Positions 12,500-24,569 of a stretch of DNA of 64,000 nucleotides are shown here, one piece after another. The translations under genes were made by a program, and so were the position numbers. The DNA comes from Octopus bimaculoides (taxonomy: Eukaryota): contig NC_069006.1 of the NCBI RefSeq assembly GCF_001194135.2, forward strand, positions 16,633,134 through 16,697,133, written 5' to 3'. Positions within the stretch are counted from its first letter, which is position 1. Each line of letters opens with the position of its first letter. The notes below the pieces were generated by a model that saw nothing but the letters and a program-made list of their open reading frames with translations, did not search any database and was not told the origin of the DNA.

Positions 12500-13390
12500 C
12501 TGAACAATTCACAAAAACACAAAACGTTAAGAACAATAGAATTCAATGTACCTAAAACAAACAATCAAAACGAAATGTACTTGGAATTTTACTAAATAGA
12601 ACACTCAGTACATGATATATATATATATATAAACAAAAATGAGCTAAGAGAAATAACTTAGAGTGGCCAGAAATAATTATGAAATGATTAAGAAAATAAA
12701 GAAAATAAAAAAATAAAGTCAAATACAGAGAGGGGAGGTCAATGGGATCAACTAATCCCCTTCTCTAGAAAACTGTCAACCATATGGTTCAGAAAAATGC
12801 TTATCAGCATTTCTTCTTCTAGGTCCTTATATTATGAGTTCATATTCTGCTGAGGTTAACTTCACCTTTTGTCTTTTCAGAATCAATAAAAAAAATGATA
12901 CCAGTCAAGTACAGGGGTCGGTGTAACTGACTTACCCACTCACCTTTTCATTGCAAAAATCCTATTTTTTCTTTTGGATTAAATAAAAAAAGTAAACAAC
13001 AGCTATGGGAGGGGGGGATACCATTAAGAATGAGTCATAATTACACTTGACTAGTTGCAAGGTGATCAGTTGTTAGTATTTTATCTTCTTTTTCTTACAG
13101 GTGTTGTTCGTTACCGCTTTAACGGGAATCCAGTAGAGATTATGTTTAGGCTATTACAACTATATCAGGAACATGCCACGATAAGGCTAATATTTCTGCA
13201 AGGTCAAGGCTGAGTTCAATGCTTGACCTTCCAAAAATAGTAAAGAAATATTCTCAAACCTCATCCTAACTGTCTTTCACAATGATAATGGAGCCTCAAA
13301 AATATCAGGTTTCAATCAAAAACATATTGGCTACAGTTGGATTTGGGGTTGCCCAGCAGGGAAAAGAGGGAGGAAGAGGATAGCACTTAC

Positions 13391-13535
13391 GTTTGACGGG
13401 ATGGTCTCCATGATGAGTAAACAGTCGTTCCATGAAAGAATCTTCAGTGGCACCAGGAAAGATGGCTTCATCATCAAGTAACCAGAGAAGACCCTTTTTG
13501 TCAGCATCCCGTAAATCTTGGTTTGATGCTCTCAA
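13391..13535 (-). CDS. MYO18A: Myosin-18 exon (LRASNQDLRDADKKGLLWLLDDEAIFPGATEDSFMERLF...)
   Basis: tgatag acceptor and GTAAGT donor; 145 nt, phase 0/1. GLLWLL.EEA motif. Confidence 0.95.
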
Positions 13536-13668
13536 CTATCAAAACAGACACATAAATGTAGGATTACCTTCATAATACTTTATCTCTGTCCTGCTACAAT
13601 TTTTTTTAACAATACAGGCATTTAATATAATAATAATAAATAAATTTTAATTTTATAATTAATCTATA

Positions 13669-14087
13669 GGCGTAGGAGTGGCTGTGTGGTAAGTAGCTTG
13701 CTTACCAACCACATGGTTCCGGTTCAGTCCCACTGCGTGACACCTTGGGCAAGTGTCTTCTACTATAGCCTCGGGCCGACCAAAACCTTGTGAGTGGATT
13801 TGGTAGACGGAAACTGAAAAGAAGCCCATCGTATATATGTATATATATATATATGTGTGTGTGTGTGTCTGTGTGTGTATATGTTTGTGTGTCTGTGTTT
13901 GTCCCCACAACATCGCTTGACAACCGATGCTGGTGTGTTTACGTCCCTGTAACTTAGCAGTTCGGCAATAAGAGACCGATAGAATAAGTACTAGGCTTAC
14001 AAAGAATAAGTCCTGGGGTCAATTTGCTCGACTAAAGGCAGTGCTCCAGCATGGCCACAGTCAAATGACTGAAACAAGTAAAAGAGT
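13669..14087 (+). mobile_element. SINE family A, full length
   Basis: Complete head, microsatellite middle and gtaaaagag tail. Confidence 0.9.
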
Positions 14088-15117
14088 AATCTTTGAACTG
14101 TTGCCATGCTTGGACACCAGCATATTGAAGAGTATAGCAGTTGAGTATATTGACCGCAATACTTGACTGAAAGTAATTTTATCCATCTTGGAATGATGAA
14201 AAGTTGACCAGTAGTGAGATTTTTCACTCAGAACATAAAGGGAGATAAATCAAATACGATGAAGTATTTTTAACTGATGCTTTACCATATTTGCTGTGTG
14301 TGTGTGTGTGTGTGTGTATGTGTGTGAATGAAATAGCACAAATGGGGGGGGGGGTAAGAAACAAACAGATGGACGACATGAGAGATTACAACAGGCATAA
14401 AAATTTGTAAAATGGAGGACAAAATGTAAATACACAAAAAAAAAAAACAATACAAGTTGTGCACAACGAATAGTATGCCAAAAAAAAAAAAAAAAAAAAA
14501 GAAGGAAAAGAAGTAGGTTGACATTTTGAGTGAACTGGTTATCAAAGTATACTAAAAAGCAATATAAAAGCAATAAAAGAAATGATTCAGAAGATGTGAC
14601 CAAAGGCTAAGACATACTCCAAATCCTCATCAATCTTTTCAAGGACCACTTGAAGATCTTATCCAAGTGAAATGCATTGCTTCTATGTATTTTACTTAAA
14701 TGAGACCCAGAGCCCTAAACAATAGTGCAAGCATTCTCTCTCTCCCAAGAACAATTGTCTGAAACACTGAATCTGTCAAACCCAAGGCAAAGAAACTTGC
14801 TGTATTTGTTTTTTTATCTATGATAAACTTTTGTGTTTCATTTAATTTTCAAAATACACATCTGTGTAACTTAGCAGTTCTGCAAAAGAGACTGATAGAA
14901 TAAGTACTAGACTTTAAAAATAAAAATAAAAACTTGGGTTGATTTATTTGATTAAAACCCTTCAAGAGAGTGCCCCACCAAGGCCATAAACCAATGAATC
15001 AAACAAGAATTAAAGGAAAGAAATGTATCACAGCAAATAAAATTGTTTATGGAAAGTGGAAAGGAAGGAAGGAAAGAAACATAGTTTGCAGGACATAAGC
15101 ATTGTTCTTTTACTTAC

Positions 15118-15204
15118 CAGAGTTTGTTGCGGAGGTTTGTCTATCAAGAACACCAAAGCAGCAGGACTGGTGTTCACAAATTCGAAATCACATTCTATAT
15201 TTTC
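15118..15204 (-). CDS. MYO18A: Myosin-18 exon (ENIECDFEFVNTSPAALVFLIDKPPQQTL), not in the ORF track
   Basis: ttttag acceptor and GTAAGT donor; 87 nt, phase 0/0. Corresponds to ENIELAFDD...VDQASHQSL. Confidence 0.92.
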
Positions 15205-15369
15205 CTAAAAAGAAAAGATATATATATATATATATATATANNNNNNNNNNNNNNNNNNNNNNNNNNNNNNNNNNNNNNNNNNNNNNNNNNNNNNNNNNNN
15301 NNNNNNNNNNNNNNNNNNNNNNNNNNNNNNNNNNNNNNNNNNNNNNNNNNNNNNNNNNNNNNNNNNNNN

Positions 15370-15600
15370 GCATATCTGGGACATTGCAAACAAAACGTAG
15401 ACGAGAAAACACACAAGCCACATAGAGAACATTCTACTTCATCAGCTACCCACGTTTTAACACCGGCGTTTCGAAGAGCTTGGGCAGGACACATCGTTAA
15501 AACGGCTCATCCCATGGACCGCAGATTAAATTTGTATACGCAAATTAAATCTTGCCATGGAGGAATGTAGTGGCGGACAAAAAACAAGAGAGGAAAACAA
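15370..15600 (+). mobile_element. Possible RTE-like LINE 3' fragment
   Basis: Peptide RRAWAGHIVK resembles the RTE L.W.GHV.R motif. Confidence 0.4.
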
Positions 15601-15789
15601 ACAGAAAAGGCTTTACGGCCAGACGAGATGTATATATATAAAGAATTTTTGTGCATTATCGAACCTTTTCACTTTATATATATGTGTATATATTACACAC
15701 ACACAGGGTGTTTGGGTTAATTTTCTAAGTCTGCATACCAAAAATAAGAGTATTTTTAAAAAAATCAAAAAACATCAACTTGATTATGG

Positions 15790-16260
15790 CTAGGAGATAA
15801 CAGTTTACTCAAAGCAGCCACCGTCTGCTTCTACCATGGACTCAAGACTGGCAAGGTCTTTGAACATCTCCTTGATCTTGGCCACCAGCTCACCCTTGGC
15901 ATTGCAGGCAAAGTGGTTAGCATATTTCTCAACCACACCTTACGCATGGTAATCCAAGATATTACAAATGCCAAAATTAGGGGCTGGTGAAGTTGTAGAA
16001 ATTCTGTGACAACCACTTCTGATTCTTTCCAGAGGTATGGCAAGGAACTGAATCGTGCTGCCTCACATATGGCTCTCCAGTAGCAAATGTCTCCAGCCAA
16101 TGTTTGATCAAAGTCCCCAGCAGCTTCGCATAGCCATCTGAACTGAGCCTAAGGCTCTGTTCAAAAATGTGGGGGATAAATTCTAGCATGTGGATGTGGT
16201 CAGAAGGCCTGTTGTGCACACATTCCTGCTGTGTGCATTCCATATCAGATGACTAGTAAT
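15790..16260 (-). mobile_element. Tc1/mariner superfamily (maT-like) transposase C-terminal relic
   Basis: Peptides YVRQHDSVPCHTS..QKWLSQNF, LDY..GVVEKYAN and MVEADGGCFE match QQDSAP.H..WL, LDY.VWG.VE and VEA.G..FE. Confidence 0.75.
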
Positions 16261-16939
16261 TACTTAATTGGTTAATTAAATTCGTTGCTTGGTTTTACAC
16301 CACTAACTGGCATTTGTTTCAAAAAACTACCTGTAATTCAAAGGGCCATCCTCACCACAAACAGAATTAAAGTTCAAGTGTCTGAGGAATACTCAACCAT
16401 TTACACTATAATAATACAATGAGTAGGTAGTTCTGTTGATGAAACTTGTGAAATATTCGTTGTGGAAACTTAGAAACTGTTGATCCCTTACAAATAAACA
16501 TAATTAATGATTAATCGTGATAATTTGTTGTCAAAAAAACATCAGCATGCTTTTGACATCTTACAAATAACCTAAGAAGATATCATTTATAAAGTTTCAA
16601 CACCTAAATTAGAATGCATATGACTCAAGAGAATCTAGAGGAGCGGTCCATGATACGAGGGGAGGGGGGCACAGAAATAAAAAAAGAAGACAAATTGTTG
16701 TGCTTAATTAAATGAAGGTTTCCAACTTTTTCTGCTGTTAATTATGAAGGCAAAAAAAAAAAGAAAGAAAAAGAGGCACAAACACTATTTTCTCCCTATA
16801 ATAAAGATTGGGGTGAAGGGCAACAATTCTATAAATATGTTTTTAAAGGGGGCTCCTGATGTTTGTTAATGTCAGAAGCAGTGATCTCAAGTGCCCATAG
16901 ACATAAAAAATAAAAATTTAGCTCAGTTGTGGTGTGGTG

Positions 16940-17235
16940 GAAAACTAGGTCAGTTGGTGTGGTGTGCAGCACAATTAGTCAAGTTGCTGTATGGTCACTA
17001 GGGTCAGATGGGATGAGATGTGAGGGTACAGACAGGCCAGGTGTTGTGTGGTGTGATGTACAATTAGGTGCACTGTTGTGTGGTATGATGTATAATTAGG
17101 TCAACTGACATGGAATGAGGTGTAATTGGGTCAGTTGCAATTAGGTCAAGTCACAATTGGGTCCCACAAAATGTCTTGATGTGTGTGATATGTAATTAGG
17201 TCGGTTACTGTTGTGCTTAGTGTAAAGTGTAATTA
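16940..17235. repeat. Degenerate 30-35 bp repeat (aattaggtca...gtggtgtg)
   Basis: About 8-10 recurrences of (a/t)attaggtc / aattgggtc. Confidence 0.7.
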
Positions 17236-17275
17236 GCCAAGTGAACAATTATTGAAACTGCTGCTTTCAACTTGC

Positions 17276-17468
17276 CTGAGAATATCGATCCTGTTGCAGA
17301 GTGAAGGTTGCATCATGGAAGAATAACTGTAAGCGTTCTTGAATATAGTTGCAACAAAGGTCTTCAAATGTAGCACCTGAGTTACGACCACAAGTTGATG
17401 GATTCTGGAATCCAGGTGTGTCAAGAATTGTGATGGATCCAAGGTTGCGATAATTTGACATTAATGAT
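17276..17468 (-). CDS. MYO18A: Myosin-18 exon, switch II and relay helix (SLMSNYRNLGSITILDTPGFQNP...FEDLCCNYIQERLQ...RYSQ)
   Basis: ttttag acceptor and non-canonical GCAAGT donor; 193 nt, phase 2/0. Confidence 0.93.
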
Positions 17469-17577
17469 CTAAAAATATAACAAAGGAAAATGAAATGGTT
17501 AATATTTAGATTTCAGAATATTACCAATTATTATTATTATTATTATTATTATCATTATTATTGTTAATGTTACTATT

Positions 17578-17985
17578 GAGGTAGCAAGCTGGCAGAATCA
17601 TAAGCACGCCAAGCAAAATACTTAGAGACGTTCTGTCTGTCTTTATGGTCTGAGTTCAAATCCACTGAGGTTGACTTTGACTTTCATCTTTTCAGGGTCA
17701 ATAAAATAAACAGTAGTTGAGAAAAGGGATCAATATAACCAACTAGGCCCACCCCAACAAAAACTTCAGGCCTTGTGCCTATAGTGAAAAGGATTATTAT
17801 TATTATCATTAAGGCAGTGAGCTGGTAAAATCATTAGCATCGCAGAGAAAGTGCTTAGCAACATTTCTTCTGGTTTTATGTTCTGAGTTCAAATTCTACC
17901 AAGGCTAACTTTACCTTTTGTCTCTTCAGGTTGAGCAATGGGGTCAATGTAACTGACTAGCCCCTCCTTGAAAAATTTGTGATTT
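17578..17985 (+). mobile_element. Two tandem SINE family B copies
   Basis: Family B motifs following (ATT)n runs. Confidence 0.8.
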
Positions 17986-18299
17986 GTTCAAAAAATTACT
18001 CAAATGTATTTCGGACTTTTGTCTTCAATGAACTGCTGTGCTATAAGTTTGATTATTTCAAACAATATTGAATTTGTGAGGTGTTATTTATTGCATTAAA
18101 TGCTTATTGAATATTTAAAACCACAAAATATGTGCCGTTTACTGAGTTTTTTTTTTTTTTGTCGGTCATTGTACTTATGAGATATATTTTGCGAATAAAA
18201 AATATGCCAATGATATTGCACTACTTGTTGTCTTGACTACTTTGATGTGATGGTTACTCTGTTTGTGTCGTATGTCCCAAGTATAAAATATACTAATTA

Positions 18300-18430
18300 T
18301 GATGAAATTACAGGAATGAAAACACCAGAAGTTACCAGTGGCGAAATTACTGGGGGTGAAATTACCAGGGACAAAGTCACCAGGGATGAAATTTCCAGTG
18401 GCGAATTTTCCAGGGGTGAAATTACCCACA
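18300..18430. repeat. 15-bp degenerate tandem repeat (gaaattaccagggg[tc])
   Basis: About 7 units read directly. Confidence 0.8.
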
Positions 18431-18681
18431 TTCATTACATGATCCCTCAATGTGCTAGAAATAGGAAAAATACCGTCCTTAAATCTCGCACTACTATAGT
18501 CCTTTAAAAAAAGGACAGTCTGGAGAATGTGATTGTTGATAAAGCGTGTCCTAAAAAGAAAGGATATATTGTCATGTTTGCAATGCGTTTGATCTAACTG
18601 AATCAAAACTGATTTTATCAAAAAAAAAAAAAAAAAAAAAAAAAGTGAAAATGGAGCATAAAGTAAATGTTTCATACTAAC

Positions 18682-18804
18682 CTATTTATTAAACCAACCA
18701 GGACACTGAATAGTTCTGTGTAAAGACCTGTGAGGAAAGCTTCAAGAGCATCAGTTGCAGAAGATCCAGAGTCTCCTGTATGCCTATCAGCAGCATTTGA
18801 GATC
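18682..18804 (-). CDS. MYO18A: Myosin-18 exon (ISNAAD...DALEAFLTGLYTELFSVLVGLIN)
   Basis: ctgcag acceptor and GTTAGT donor; 123 nt, phase 2/2. Confidence 0.95.
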
Positions 18805-19039
18805 CTGCAGAGAAAAAACATGGCAACATCCTCAAACATTTCATCAAACAACAGCAGAAATTCTGTAGGGAAAAAAACATTATCAAACATTTTCCCTTGA
18901 ACATAAACAGCAGTAAGACAATATCACGAAGCATGTATCTTGAATTTAAGCAGTTTTCACCCAGCCTGCGTCTGCTTGCATACAGTGCGCTAGGCTGACA
19001 GTGCTGCACGCTTTGCGGCTCCACGAACCTCAATATCTC

Positions 19040-19235
19040 TCTGTGTGATATGTCTGCCGAAAAAGTCCTCTTTGTTTTCTTGGGACATTGCCAAAAGAGC
19101 CTGGGTGCAATTGACTCATTTCTGCTTCTGAAAAGGTGTGAACATCTGGGAATCCATTGTGCAGACAACTTCTGCATGTGCAAATGGTTGTGAATGATTT
19201 TTTCTATGGACTCTATACTTGTCTTCACTTCTTGG
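19040..19235 (-). mobile_element. Internal fragment of the same mariner family as 20538-21812
   Basis: Near-identical to about 21175-21372. Confidence 0.85.
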
Positions 19236-19404
19236 GCTTGTTGTGAAACAAATACGAGAACGGAGAAACAACAAAGCGAACAATCTAATGAAGGGAGCCT
19301 CTACAGCAGAAGTGTTCACTCAAGATGGTGGCAGTAAAATTTTGAAACAAAATTGTTTATCTTCAAAATATATATCAGAATGTGAAATGTTGATGAATAT
19401 GTTA

Positions 19405-19833
19405 TAGATTAAGTTACACTGAATATATTATAGATTAAGTTACACTGAATATATTATAGATTAAGTCACACTGAATATATTATAGATTAAGTCACACTGA
19501 ATATATTATAGATTAAGTTACACTGAATATATTATAGATTAAGTTTCACTGAATGTATTATCGATTAAGTTACACTGAATATATTATCGATTAAATTACA
19601 CTGAATATATTATCGATTAAGTTACACTGAATATATTATCGATTAAGTTACACTGAATATATTATAGATTAAGTTACACTGAATATATTATAGATTAAGT
19701 TACACTGAATATATTATAGATTAAGTTACACTGAATATATTATAGATTAAGTTACACTGAATATATTATAGATTAAGTTACACTGAATATATTATAGATT
19801 AAGTTACACTGAATATATTATAGATTAAGTTAC
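19405..19833. repeat. 26-bp minisatellite (tagattaagttacactgaatatatta), 16.5 copies
   Basis: Period 26 from 19405 to 19821, with few variants. Confidence 0.97.
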
Positions 19834-19944
19834 TCTGCCTTACAAATCCTATTGTGTAGATTCAACTGACTTATCCCTTTCTCAGTCAAATTTGTGACAA
19901 ACAGTGTTGGTGCAAGCAATCCTAACTCAAACACATAGTCATAC

Positions 19945-20092
19945 CTCATAGAAGCACTTCGGGTTAAAGTACCACTAGATCCTGCTGATGGGCTGAAGAT
20001 TGTACGTGCAAGTTCCTCCACTTTGATGCCCAGAAGGTTTGCAGCTTTCTGTGCAGCTGCAGGTTTTGCAAATTGTGCTTTATTATTGGTTC
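19945..20092 (-). CDS. MYO18A: Myosin-18 exon (TNNKAQFAKPAAAQKAANLLG...TLTRSASM)
   Basis: tttcag acceptor and GTATGA donor; 148 nt, phase 1/2. Confidence 0.95.
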
Positions 20093-20279
20093 CTGAAATG
20101 ACACACAAAATAAACGGAACTTCATAAAAATGAAACAAAACGAAAATTACTTAACAAAAGGAGAGGAATTGCTTCTAGATTCATTGCTTCCTCCTGAGAG
20201 CACCAACAAAATAATTTTCTCAAAATTATTGAGAGAAGACTTAATAATTCAGACAATTAATGAGGAATGTTAGACATAC

Positions 20280-20424
20280 CTTTAACAGCTCCTGCAGTTT
20301 CAAGATGGTAAATGGCTGCCAATACATAGAATACTGCCTTCATTTCCTCAGGTGAAAATCCCAGAACTTCCATAGCATTGGTTACTTTGGCCCAAGACTG
20401 TGCTGCTTTTTGTCTGTCTTCAGT
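20280..20424 (-). CDS. MYO18A: Myosin-18 exon (TEDRQKAAQSW...VLAAIYHLETAGAVK)
   Basis: ttacag acceptor and GTATGT donor; 145 nt, phase 0/1. Confidence 0.95.
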
Positions 20425-20537
20425 CTGTAATAAATAAGACATTTGAGTGGACACTCAAGAGGGACATAAAATAAATAGAGGTATGGAGTGAAAGACTTGT
20501 TGGTGTAAAGTGGAAGGTTTGATGATGTGGAGTACTA

Positions 20538-21812
20538 CGAGGGATGTTCATTAAAGATTTCCCCTGACCCACTTCCCAAGGACTGGAATAAATGAAACTT
20601 GGCATAATTATTAGTCCTTCTCTACATAGCCACCACCAATGGTGACACACTTCTCCTATCGCTTTATGCAGTTGTGAAGACTTCGTCTGTAGAAGTCAGT
20701 AGGTTGTGTCTGGAGTCAAGACTTTACCTCGGAAATAAGTTCATCATCATCCAAAAATTGCTTCTCCTTAAAAAGAAAAAAAAACTTCATGGTAGGAAAG
20801 AGATGGAAATCAGATGTTGCGAGGTCAGGAAGGATTTCATAGCCACAGGAGTGTGCTTTCATCTGGGCAACAGGTGTATTGTGAAATGGGGAGTTGCCTT
20901 GGAGGCAAACTCCTTTGGTCAGTATGCCATGCCTCTCTGCTTTGATGGCACCCACAATTTCTGCAGTAGAGAAGCATAATATGCCCCATTATGATGCCCT
21001 TTGCCAGAAAATCCATCATCACTACTCTGCGCTGGTCTCAAAAGATTGTGAGCATCACTTTGCCTGCTGAGAGTTGGACACAAGCCTTCTTTGGAGGTGG
21101 TGAGTTATCATGCTTCCATTGTTTCGACTGGACTTTAGTCTCAGGATCATAGTGGTGGACCCATGTTTCCTCCTGTGTGATAAGTCTGCCGAAAAAGTCC
21201 TCTTTGTTTTCTTGGCACATTGCCAAAAGAGCCTGGGTGCAATTGACTCATTTCTGCTTCTGAAAAGGTGTAAACATCTGGGAATCCATTGTGCAGACAA
21301 CTTCTGCATGTGCAAATGGTTGTGAATGATTTTTTTTCTATAGACCCTATACTTGTCTTCACTTCTTGGGCTAGTTGCTGAATAGTTATGTGGCGATCCT
21401 CAAAAATGACAACTTCCATGTTATAGATGGTGTCGTCATTAATGGCAAAATGTGGTCACCCAGGAATAGGAGCAGTTTCTACTGATGTCTAACTTCATTT
21501 GAAATGGTAATGCCAGTGCTTGACTACATCTTATGATGGTGCATCGTCATCATAAACTTCTTTCATCTCATCGAAAGTTTCTTTTGGTGTACGACCTTTC
21601 AAGTATAAGAACCTGATCACTGATCTGCATTCAATTGCCTCCAGTATAACACCTTAGTCCACTTCAGCAGCCGTAAAAGACAAATGAATACTAGTAGAAA
21701 GCTGAAATTTACAATGTGACATGTAGAGACATATATGATTACACCTGTATAACTTCTGTTTCCTTCAACGACCAGAAGTGAGTCAGGGGAAATCTTTAAT
21801 GAACACCCTTTG
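20538..21812 (-). mobile_element. Full-length (1275 bp) inactive mariner element with TIRs
   Basis: Left TA|cgagggatgttcattaaagatttcccctgacccacttc and right gaagtgagtcaggggaaatctttaatgaacacccttt g|ca are inverted repeats. The broken transposase has AQWIPR, ITQEETWVHHYDPETK and DLATSDFHLFP motifs. Confidence 0.92.
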
Positions 21813-21889
21813 CATGTTAGGTAGTATGAAAGGGGACATTTGATGTGATGTAGATGGAGAGGCATGTTTCATAATGTGCCAGGTTTGCT

Positions 21890-22200
21890 GGAACAAAGTG
21901 CAATGTTTGATGGCATGGAGTGCAATGTTTGATGGTATGGAGAGCAATGTTTGATAGCGTGAAGTGCAATGTTTGATGGTATGGAGAGCAATGTTTGATA
22001 GCGTGAAGTGCAATGCTTGGTGGTGAGGAGTTTGATGCTCGATAGTGTGGAGTGCAATGTATGGCAGTACAGAGTGTAGTGTTTGGCAGTGTGTAGTGCA
22101 ATGTTTGATGGTATGGAGAGAAATGTTTGATAGTGTGTAGTGCAATGTTTGGTGATATAGAATGGAGTATTTAGTGGTGTGAGGTGGAATGTTTGAGGTA
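21890..22200. repeat. Degenerate 20-24 bp tandem repeat (gtgcaatgtttgatggtatgga)
   Basis: More than 10 gcaatgttt(g/t) units. Confidence 0.9.
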
Positions 22201-23429
22201 GTGTAGAACAACTTGTGGTTCAAAACTTCATCACACTCCAAACATCAGTTTTACTGGACAAGTCACTTTATTCTACATGATTCAGTTCACCTAACTTTGA
22301 AAAAAAGTCACCCATAGCAAATCTAGACATAGGAGGTAGATTTACCACCAAGTTAAATACAACAGTAACCAGAGGTAGAGAATAACTTAATAAAGTCCTG
22401 TGATTCACAACAATATCATTAGTAACTACAGATTACATCAATTTCCACCCTCATCCATACACACTCTAAACCAGACCCACCCTACTACATTTTCTATCTC
22501 AATTCATTGTCATTCCAGAGAATCCACCAAAAAGCTTGTCTTCTTAAATTTACTTCTTCCCCCCAAATTTATCTCTAATTATAAACTTGAACAAAAATAA
22601 ACTGAAATAGTATCAACAGCCACACCCAACATTTAAGGCCTTTAATTCCAGGCAGACCATCAGAAATTAAACAGTCATAAGTGCTCCTCTCTAGAATAAT
22701 TCAACCACAGAAAATTAATTTATTCTTGATTAATGGGAAAAAAAGTATAATTTCAGGTGTAGTGGGAGGAGTGGTGATTAGAAAATGCAACATTAAGACT
22801 CATTACATCTTACTTTACACATCCATGCAGAAACACAAGCACCATTACACACACACACACACACCAATAAACACACAGTACAAACATTCTTTCATATACA
22901 TACACAGTACAAACATTTCCCCCCACCCACCCCCACCTGGAACACACAAATACTCACACAGAAAATATTCCTCCTCACATACATTCTTCTTCACACAAAC
23001 ACACAATACCACATGCACAAACACAGACATATAGCCATACAATATAGATATTATCCTCCATACATATATCCACACAGTACAAACAAGTAAATGTTGACTT
23101 TTTCATTACTACATTTCTAATTAAACACACGACTTATAGGCATTGCAGCTAATTTTGAAAGTAACCAAAACTTGTTATTAAAGTTGATGTTTGGAAGGTA
23201 TTTTTAAATTAACGATGATAACGGGCTTTAAATATACATGCAACTTTACAGATATCATCAATTAGAAAACTTTATTTCTCAAGACCCAAAAATGGTTTTA
23301 TTTTGCTTTACCAAGTTTCTTTTGTAGGTCCAATCTACATTATGAATACTTCAAAATGAGAGGTTTTACATCATAGAACCAGTGACTATAAGCATATTGC
23401 AATTGAAAGGACTTTAAATACTGTTTCTA

Positions 23430-23830
23430 ACAAAGGAACAAGGCCTCAAATTTTGAGGATAGGCATAACTAAGAAAGGTGACCCCAGAATTAGAGCCAAA
23501 TTAATTAACTTTGGCAGGATTTGAATGCAGAATGTAAAGGGATATCACTGAATACCAGAAAGCATATGCTTCACGGCCACAAAACTTGGGGCAGGCTATC
23601 TATGATTAACTTGACTGGTATTTAATTTAAAACCTTGAAAGGATGGCTAACAACATTAACCTGGCTGGGATTTGAACCATAACTTTAAAATTTAATACAA
23701 GGCCATGAATTTTAAAGAGATGAAGTTAATGAAATCAACCTCAGCATATCACTGGTAACACTTTCAATCTTAGAGAGATGAAATACAAAGTCAGGCACAG
23801 AGGGATTTGGACTTAGAATGTAAAGAGATG
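23430..23830 (-). mobile_element. Old, degenerate tandem SINE family B remnants
   Basis: Repeated ggatttgaa..cagaatgtaaag and actggta..tt motifs. Confidence 0.5.
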
Positions 23831-24461
23831 AAACTGAATAGTTGAATGGTATTCAATCTGATACAAAGAAAGAAATGACTGAGACATCATCCAAATGATG
23901 AACAACAGTTAAGTCAGTGTTAATATGTTTAATGCGTTAAGCATTAAAAAGCTAACTAAATAGATTACCAATGTAGTGAAGTAAATATCAATATTAGTCA
24001 ATGAATAATATTATCATAATGTCTTTCCATATGAGAGGCAACTCAGGGCATATCTCAGTCTTATGACATCATCAGTGAAATACAGACTCCACAGTTCTTG
24101 TTAAAGTGGTAATAAAGGAACGAATCACTATACAGATGTACAAGATTGTGCCATTGACTGACATAAGAAAATACGAATATTTTGAGAATAACTCTGAGAC
24201 TCCATCTGCATACAAAAACAAGAGTTAAGATATTTAATGAAGAGAGCAGTTAAGATATGTAATAAAGGGAGCAGCAATATAGTACATGGGGCTGAGCATT
24301 CCATAGACACATATACCTTACATATAATCCTCAGGTAGACTGAAAGTGACACTGTGTATGACAAGGCAAGACATGTGAATTACAGTTGTCTATCTAATTA
24401 CACACCTAATGCAGTCAGCTTGGATATGTTTCACTGAAGCTAACCACTCATGACTTACTGC

Positions 24462-24500
<39 letters not shown>

Positions 24501-24508
24501 GTACTTAC

Positions 24509-24569
24509 TCTTTGAAGAGGTGTCATGTATGTATTCTGCTCATTCAGAGTGTTCAGCTGCAATTCATTC
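24509..24569 (-). CDS. MYO18A: Myosin-18 exon (NELQLNTLNEQNTYMTPLQR), not in the ORF track
   Basis: ttacag acceptor and GTAAGT donor; 61 nt, phase 2/0. Corresponds to TELHLNHLAENNVFGIVPL. Confidence 0.9.

Noticed and set aside
19405-22200. Regular short repeats that could be mistaken for CRISPR arrays
   Set aside because: There are no unique spacers and no cas genes, and the context is a eukaryotic intron.
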